NCBI GenBank assembly: GCA_044222475.1
Contig: JBGANF010000114.1
Location: forward strand, 1 to 25,285
DNA length: 25,285 nt
Origin: Polyangiaceae bacterium
Lineage (GTDB): Bacteria > Myxococcota_A > Polyangia > Polyangiales > Polyangiaceae
Direction of reading: 5' to 3'
The position numbers and the translations under genes were made by a program. The notes beneath the pieces are model-generated. The model was given only the letters and a program-made list of their open reading frames with translations, made no database searches and was not told where the DNA came from. Of the stretch, positions 19,483-25,285 are shown piece after piece. Position 1 is the first letter of the stretch. Each line of letters opens with the position of its first letter.

Positions 19483-20942
19483 TTGTTCCCCAAGATGGCA
19501 GCGGCGAATCCGTCGATCCCGAAGCCGCCCGTCGCGCCCTTCGGCCCGCCGCCCGCGCCGCCTGGCTTCGCCGAGCCGATGGTGAAGCTCGACGCCTTGT
19601 CGACGTCGAGCTCTTTCGATCCGACGACGACGATGCCGAGCGACGATCCGCCCGCCCCGCCGCCGCCTCCAGAGCCGTCTCCACCTTTGCCGCCGGCGCC
19701 GCCCTTGCACCACGGGTAGCCGACGGGGTCGGGCCCGCCGCCTTTCCCGCCGACCTGGCCGACTGCGCCGTCGCCGCCTTTGCCACCGTCGCCGCCGTCG
19801 GCCGTGGTGATCGTGCTCGACTGGACGCGGAGCGTGCTGTTGAGCGCCGCGATCCCGATGCTCGCGCCACCGCCTTCGCCGGCGCCGCCCGCTTTTCCGC
19901 CGCAGCCCCCGCACCCACCGCCGCTGCTGACGTGTACGGTGGGGAGCCCGGCGCCGCCGCCTCCGCCCTGCGCCACGCCGCCTTCCTTGCCGGGCTGACC
20001 CGGCTCGGCCTTCCAGCCCTGGCTGGCGAGGGTGCCGATCGTCGACGCGCCCTTCACGACGTCGCCTGCGAGCCCCGACGCGCCGTCGTACGCGCCTGGA
20101 CCACCCGCGCCGTTGCACGGCGAGCTCGAAATGGAGAACGGCTTGCCCGCCGTCGCGTCCGCCCCGGCGATCGTCGGCGTGCCCGCGCTCGCGAGGACTC
20201 CGGGCGTCCCGCCACCGCCGCTCCCGCCGACCGAGCTCGACGAGCCGCAGCTGCACGACCTCTGCGGCGCGGGCTGGCCGCCGGCTGCGTCGTTGCCGTC
20301 CAACGCCGGCACCGAGAACGGAGCCGCAGAGTCGCCGGCTTTGCCCGCGGCACCCTTGCCGGCGAAGACCTTCGTCCGCCGGAACGTCATCCCGGGCGCA
20401 GCCTCGACGAACACGACGATGCTCGACGCCCCGGGCACGTCACCGTCCTTGGCGCGAAGCTCGAACGTCTCGAGCAACCCAGCCGACCCCGCGACCTTCA
20501 CGACGACGCCGGCCTTGGAGGGCGCGAGGACGACGCTCTTCGCCCCATAGGCCCAGTCCGCGCACCCGAACCCGCCGTGGAGCGCGATGCCCTGGGCCGC
20601 ATCGTCGATGACGATCTGCTCGTCGTAGGTGCCCTCGCAGACGAACACGTTGCGCTTGTTGGCGTCCTTTTTCGCTGCGTTGACGCCGGCTTGCACCGTC
20701 TTGAGCGGCGCGGCCTTGGTGCCCGGGTTCGTGTCCGAGCCAGCCGGCGAGACGAAGATGCCGCTCGCGTCCGACACCTCGCAGCCACCTTCGGCGGGCG
20801 ACTTGGCCGCATCGCATCCGCCCCCGGTGATGTCGGGGGGCGCGAGCGGGTTGCCGTTCACGTTGGGGTCTCCACCGCACTGCAGCGCGGCGAAACCGAG
20901 CGCAGCCACGGCGGCCGAGAAAAGCTGGGAGTTCCTGGGCAT
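19479..20942 (-). CDS. Gly-rich PGRS-like lipoprotein with DUF1565-like N-terminal motif
   Basis: Lipobox FAALQ-C; IFVSPAGSDTNPGTKAAPLKTVQAGV...VFVCEGTYDE; repeated GxGGxGG runs; GGGGCGGCGG. Confidence 0.85.
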   Translation of the reverse strand: MPRNSQLFSAAVAALGFAALQCGGDPNVNGNPLAPPDITGGGCDAAKSPAEGGCEVSDASGIFVSPAGSDTNPGTKAAPLKTVQAGVNAAKKDANKRNVFVCEGTYDEQIVIDDAAQGIALHGGFGCADWAYGAKSVVLAPSKAGVVVKVAGSAGLLETFELRAKDGDVPGASSIVVFVEAAPGMTFRRTKVFAGKGAAGKAGDSAAPFSVPALDGNDAAGGQPAPQRSCSCGSSSSVGGSGGGGTPGVLASAGTPTIAGADATAGKPFSISSSPCNGAGGPGAYDGASGLAGDVVKGASTIGTLASQGWKAEPGQPGKEGGVAQGGGGGAGLPTVHVSSGGGCGGCGGKAGGAGEGGGASIGIAALNSTLRVQSSTITTADGGDGGKGGDGAVGQVGGKGGGPDPVGYPWCKGGAGGKGGDGSGGGGGAGGSSLGIVVVGSKELDVDKASSFTIGSAKPGGAGGGPKGATGGFGIDGFAAAILGNK

Positions 20943-21007
20943 CGGCGGCCATCATAGCCCGAGGTTACAAGCCGCCCAAGGCGTGCTAAGCCGTGAGCCC
21001 TCCCCGA

Positions 21008-22642
21008 ATGTTCGACGCACTCGCCAAAGGCTTCAAACAGGCAAAAAATCGGCTCGCCGGGCTCACCGAGCTCAGCGAGGCGAACATCGAGACCGCCCTC
21101 CGCGAGGTGCGGCTCTCGCTCCTGGAAGCCGACGTCGAGCTGGGGGTGGTGAAGACGTTCCTCGCCCGCGTGAAAGACCGCGCGATCGGCGAGACCGTGC
21201 GCATCCGCGCCAAGGGCACGGACGGCGAGACGATGAAGGTCTCGGCGAGCGATCAGTTCGTCAAGATCTGCCACGACGAGCTCGTCGCCTTCATGACCTC
21301 GGAAGGCGACGCGATCGTCTTCTCCCAAGAGAAGGGGAAGGCGACCGGCATCATGATGGTCGGCCTCCAGGGCTCCGGCAAGACGACCAGCTGCGCAAAG
21401 CTCGCGCGCTACCTCGCCGGCGAGAAGAAGAAGCCGATGCTGGTCGCCGCCGACATGCAGCGCCCGGCCGCCGTCGAGCAGCTCATGGTGCTCGGCAAGA
21501 GCATCAACGTCCCGGTGTTCAACGTCCCCGGGGCCACGCCGCTGGAGATCTGCAAGCAGGCCCGCGCCGAAGCCCGCGAGAAGGGCTGCGACGTCATCAT
21601 CTACGACACCGCTGGTCGGCTAGCGATCGACGAAGCCCTGATGGACGAGCTCGCGAGCATCAAGGCCGACGTCGCACCCGAGAACGTGTTCCTCGTCGTC
21701 GACGCGATGATCGGGCAGGACGCGGTCAAGGTCTCGAAAGGCTTCAACGATCGCCTCGATTTGACCGGCGTCGTCCTGACGAAGCTCGACGGCGACGCCC
21801 GCGGCGGCGCCGCGCTCAGCATCCGTGAGGTCACCGGCGCGCCGGTCCGCTTCATCGGCATGGGCGAAGGCACCGACAAGTTCGAGGAGTTCCGCCCCGA
21901 AGGCATGGCGAGCCGCGTGCTCGGCATGGGCGATGTCGTCGGCCTCATGAAGGACTTCGAGCAGGTCGTCGACCAGAAGAAGGCCGCCGAAGACGCGATG
22001 CGCATGCTCGAGGGGAAGTTCACCCTCGATGACTTCCTCGAGCAGATCAAGATGATCCAGAAGATGGGCAGCTTGAAGGACATCGTCGGCAAGATGCCGG
22101 GGATGGATCAGCTGCCGACCGACGTGAACCTCGACGATCGCGAGCTCGTCCGCATCGAGGCGATCATCCAGAGCTTCACCAAGTTCGAGCGTCAGGACCC
22201 GTACGCGCTGGTTCGCGATCCCGGTCGCGCCAAGCGCATCGCGCGCGGCTCCGGCACGCAAGAGAACGCCGTCACCGAGCTCGTGCAGAAGTTCATCTTC
22301 ATGAAGCAGATGATGGAGAACCTCGGCGGCAACATGGGCATGCTGGGGAAGATCCCGGGCCTCAAGAACGTCGCGATGGCGCGGAACCTCCAGAAGATGG
22401 CGAAGGGCGGCGGCATGCCCGGCATGGGCGGCTTCCCCGGCATGGGCGGTTTCCCCGGCATGGGCGGTTTCCCCGGCATGGGCCTCCCTGGCATGGGCGG
22501 CTTTCCCGGGATGCCCGGCATGGGCGGCGACGCCGCGCCCGACAGCATGACGAAGATGAAGGCGCTCTCGGACAAAGAGCGGAACGCGAAGAAGGCGCAG
22601 CGAAAGCGCGAGAAAGAGGCCCGGCGCAAGAGCCGGCGGTAA
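21008..22642 (+). CDS. ffh: Signal recognition particle protein Ffh
   Basis: MFDAL, LREVRLSLLEADV, GLQGSGKTT, DTAGR, TKLDGDARGGAALS, ILGMGD-like VLGMGDV, M domain FTLDDFLEQ and RIARGSG. Confidence 0.98.
   Translation: MFDALAKGFKQAKNRLAGLTELSEANIETALREVRLSLLEADVELGVVKTFLARVKDRAIGETVRIRAKGTDGETMKVSASDQFVKICHDELVAFMTSEGDAIVFSQEKGKATGIMMVGLQGSGKTTSCAKLARYLAGEKKKPMLVAADMQRPAAVEQLMVLGKSINVPVFNVPGATPLEICKQARAEAREKGCDVIIYDTAGRLAIDEALMDELASIKADVAPENVFLVVDAMIGQDAVKVSKGFNDRLDLTGVVLTKLDGDARGGAALSIREVTGAPVRFIGMGEGTDKFEEFRPEGMASRVLGMGDVVGLMKDFEQVVDQKKAAEDAMRMLEGKFTLDDFLEQIKMIQKMGSLKDIVGKMPGMDQLPTDVNLDDRELVRIEAIIQSFTKFERQDPYALVRDPGRAKRIARGSGTQENAVTELVQKFIFMKQMMENLGGNMGMLGKIPGLKNVAMARNLQKMAKGGGMPGMGGFPGMGGFPGMGGFPGMGLPGMGGFPGMPGMGGDAAPDSMTKMKALSDKERNAKKAQRKREKEARRKSRR
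22418..22528 (+). repeat. 18-bp coding tandem repeat (PGMGGF)n in the ffh C-terminus
   Basis: Three near-identical CCCGGCATGGGCGGYTTC units followed by degenerate copies. Confidence 0.9.
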
Positions 22643-22662
22643 ACGGAGAGATGGAGCGAACG

Positions 22663-24117
22663 ATGCGAAACGGACTCAAGGTCGCTTTGGTGGCCGTCCT
22701 CTTCAGCGCAGTCGCCTGCGTCGGTGGGAAGAAGGGCGCATCCGCGGAAGACAAAGAGAAGCTGAAGGCCTACATCGTCGAGGCCGCGCCGGCCGACGCG
22801 AAGCCGGTCGACGTCAACTTCGAGAACAAGATGCACATCGTCGGGTTCAAGGTCGAACCCGAGATCGCGAAGCCCAACACCGAGGTGAAGATCACCTACG
22901 TGTGGCGCTGCGACACCCCACTCGACGACGGCTGGCTCCTCTACACCCACGTCCTCGACGAGGTGTCGGGTCATCAGGACAACCTCGACTGGAACGGACC
23001 GCTGCGCGAGAAGCGCGACGAGGGCCAGCAGATCCTCCCGCCGTCCAAGTGGGAGAAGGGGAAGTTCTACCTCGACGAGCAGACGTACAAGATCCCGGAC
23101 TGGGTCCAGGGGCCGGAGCTCGTCTTCACCATCGGCATCTGGAAGGGCGATGCGCGCTTGCGCATCCTCACCGGCGCCAACGACGGGGACAACGGCGCGC
23201 TCTTCCGCGTGAAGACCGGGCTAACGCCCCCGCCGAAGCCCGAGCCGCAGCACTCCGAGATCCCGGAGGTCGTGCTCAACAAGCTCGCGCAGAACGACGT
23301 CATCAAGATCGACGGCAAGGCGGACGACAAGGCGTGGGGGGGCGCCGCGACGCTCCCTTTCGTTGATGTGGGAACGGGTGCACCGAGCACCGCGTTTCCG
23401 GCGAACGGCCAAGCGAAGCTCGCTTGGGACGACAAGAACCTCTACGTGCTCTTCGACGTGAAGGAGCCCGACGTGGTCGGCGGCTGGGACGACAAGGCCA
23501 AGAAGCCGGACGAGTGGACGGTGAAGGGCCAGCCCAAGCTCTGGACGAAGGACACCGTCGAGATCATGGTCGACCCCGACGGGGACGGCGACGCCAAGGA
23601 CTACTACGAGCTTCAGATCTCCCCGCAGAACCGCCAGTTCCACACGACCTACGACTCGGAGCGCGTACCGCTGACCGATCCGAACGGTCCGTTCGGCCAC
23701 GAGGAGTGGGACCCGAAGATGAAGACCGCCGCCGTCGTGAACGGCACGCTCGACAAGGCGGACGACAAGGACGAGGGGTACGTCGTCGAAGCCGCGATCC
23801 CGTGGGCCGCATTTGGGAAGGCGGCTAACCATCCGCCGAAGCTCGGCGACTCGTGGCGCATGAACTTCTACATCATGAAGCAGAACAACGGCGTCGCCTG
23901 GTCGCCCATCCTGGGGCAGGGGAGCTTCCACCACGCCGCTCGGTTCGGTCGCGTGAAGTTCGGCCCGCTCCCGGCCGCCGCCGCGGCCTCCGGCTCGGCA
24001 GCACCGGCCGCGTCGGGTGCGCCGTCCGGCGCGACCCCGATCCCCACGCCCACCTCGTCCGGCCTCGGCATTCCCGCGAGCGCGGTGCCGAACGCCATGC
24101 CGCCGCGCGTCCCCTGA
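22663..24117 (+). CDS. Lipoprotein with an Ig-like N-terminal domain and a CBM9-like (DOMON-like) carbohydrate-binding domain
   Basis: GGAG RBS; lipobox SAVA-C; IKIDGKADDKAW, AKLAWDDKNLYVLF, DTVEIMVDPDGDG, YYELQISP, YVVEAAIPW, WRMNF; Ala/Pro tail. Confidence 0.85.
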   Translation: MRNGLKVALVAVLFSAVACVGGKKGASAEDKEKLKAYIVEAAPADAKPVDVNFENKMHIVGFKVEPEIAKPNTEVKITYVWRCDTPLDDGWLLYTHVLDEVSGHQDNLDWNGPLREKRDEGQQILPPSKWEKGKFYLDEQTYKIPDWVQGPELVFTIGIWKGDARLRILTGANDGDNGALFRVKTGLTPPPKPEPQHSEIPEVVLNKLAQNDVIKIDGKADDKAWGGAATLPFVDVGTGAPSTAFPANGQAKLAWDDKNLYVLFDVKEPDVVGGWDDKAKKPDEWTVKGQPKLWTKDTVEIMVDPDGDGDAKDYYELQISPQNRQFHTTYDSERVPLTDPNGPFGHEEWDPKMKTAAVVNGTLDKADDKDEGYVVEAAIPWAAFGKAANHPPKLGDSWRMNFYIMKQNNGVAWSPILGQGSFHHAARFGRVKFGPLPAAAAASGSAAPAASGAPSGATPIPTPTSSGLGIPASAVPNAMPPRVP

Positions 24118-24178
24118 AACGGGGTCGCCGATAGCGGGAAACTGGCGCTCGCCGCCGCCGGTTTCGTACGATGGCACC

Positions 24179-25228
24179 ATGCGCGTCGCTCTCGCCGCCG
24201 TCGTTTCGCTCGGTCTCCTCGCCGCGCTTGGCTCCCGCGCGCGCGCGGAAGGGCCGAAGGCCCCGGCGTCGGGCTCGTACCTGACCCACCAGACCTCTGC
24301 GACCGTGACCGCCGCGCGCGCGCGCGCCGCCGCGGGCGACTGCAAGACCGCGCTCGACCTGTTCGACCAAGCGATCGAGGCCACGATCGATCCCTCGCTC
24401 CATCGCGACCGCGGCCTCTGCCACGAGAAGCTGGGCAACGCCTTCGCTGCCGCCGAGGACTACCGCTTCTACCTGACGAACGCGCCCAACGCGCCCGATC
24501 ACGACGCCATCGCCGAGCGACTCAAGGCGCTCGAGGACACGTTGCCGAAGGACACCGTCCACGCGCCGGCGACGGGCCGGACGGCAGTGCAGACTGGCAC
24601 CGGCGCGATCCCCGAGCGCGCGTTGGTGAAGGACGACGCCTCGGCGCCGAAGAAGGAAGTCGACGTCCAGGGGAAGACCCAGTCGCAGATCGACTACGAG
24701 GAGCAACACGACGCCGAGGCCGACACGAGCCCCTTGCGACGAGGCATCGGCCCGATCGTCGGTGCGTACTACTCGCCGGGGTACTGGGCGCGCGGCGGGT
24801 TCGGCTTCACTCAGGCCATCGGCGCGCGCCTCGGCTACTCGTTCGCCGGCGCGAGCAGTCTGCTGTTCGAGATCGGCTACCGAAACAACCGAGGCTCCGG
24901 CACCGCGTCGTCGAGCGGCGGGATCCAGCTCGCGCTCGGGTACGAAGCTCGCCTCGGGCTCGATCGTTGGTCGACGAACCAGATTCTCCTGGCGGGGTTC
25001 ATTGGGTTCGAAGAAGCCAAGCAGAACGGGTCGGGCATTCTCATTCGCTCGCTGATGCCGCGCGGACGGGTTGGCTACCGCCACGTCTTCGGTCGCGCGG
25101 TCGGACTCGAGTTCGATGCGGACGTCGGGATCGCGGTCTCGTTCGCGGTGGACGCGCCGCCCGGGAGCCAGAAGGTCGTCGTGGCCCCGATCATCGGTGG
25201 GGTGGTGGCGCTCGTAATCGGCTTCTGA
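24179..25228 (+). CDS. Exported protein with N-terminal TPR and C-terminal outer-membrane beta-barrel
   Basis: Signal peptide ending RARA-E; TPR (DCKTALDLFDQAIE...LHRDRGLCHEKLGNAFAAAEDYRFYL); alternating amphipathic strands (IGARLGYSF, IQLALGYEARL, RGRVGYRHVF); terminal Phe. Confidence 0.8.
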   Translation: MRVALAAVVSLGLLAALGSRARAEGPKAPASGSYLTHQTSATVTAARARAAAGDCKTALDLFDQAIEATIDPSLHRDRGLCHEKLGNAFAAAEDYRFYLTNAPNAPDHDAIAERLKALEDTLPKDTVHAPATGRTAVQTGTGAIPERALVKDDASAPKKEVDVQGKTQSQIDYEEQHDAEADTSPLRRGIGPIVGAYYSPGYWARGGFGFTQAIGARLGYSFAGASSLLFEIGYRNNRGSGTASSSGGIQLALGYEARLGLDRWSTNQILLAGFIGFEEAKQNGSGILIRSLMPRGRVGYRHVFGRAVGLEFDADVGIAVSFAVDAPPGSQKVVVAPIIGGVVALVIGF

Positions 25229-25285
25229 CGATTTCGACGTGAACCGCTTCGGCCGCCGTGCAACGATCGGGCATGCGCTGGAGGT

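Noticed and set aside
22418..22528. Tandem repeat as a CRISPR array
   Set aside because: No spacers; it is an in-frame coding repeat inside ffh and there are no cas genes.
25273..25285. Possible start of the next gene (ATGCGCTGGAGG)
   Set aside because: Only four codons are visible at the window edge; cannot be supported.

Overview
High-GC bacterial window, most likely from a myxobacterium of the Sorangium/Polyangium group (inferred from the PGRS-like Gly-rich lipoprotein, Cys-rich lipoproteins, DUF4388-TPR-PEGA-type protein and TPR-beta-barrel protein). It is mostly a housekeeping region: sucC-sucD-[lipoprotein]-ndk, dapD-dapE-radA, a TlpA-like thioredoxin, a HEAT protein, a GT4 glycosyltransferase, alaS, a metallophosphoesterase, MarR, an aldo/keto reductase, ffh and several envelope proteins. 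I see no rRNA, tRNA, CRISPR array, transposase or phage gene. The points most worth follow-up are: (1) an ~87-nt structured palindromic element that appears inserted in frame into the signal peptide of the lipoprotein gene between sucD and ndk; (2) a 13-bp inverted-repeat element with attC-like AAC/GTT ends next to a sigma54-type promoter driving a probably leaderless MarR gene; (3) a tandem pair of paralogous multi-TM proteins with two GIDE-like domains, the second copy missed by the ORF track; (4) a 25-bp divergent intergenic region where two -10-like hexamers share one TA, within a wider pattern of apparently leaderless genes; (5) a tandem MshEN-like motif in the DUF4388 protein. Family assignments come from motif recognition by eye, not from database searches.
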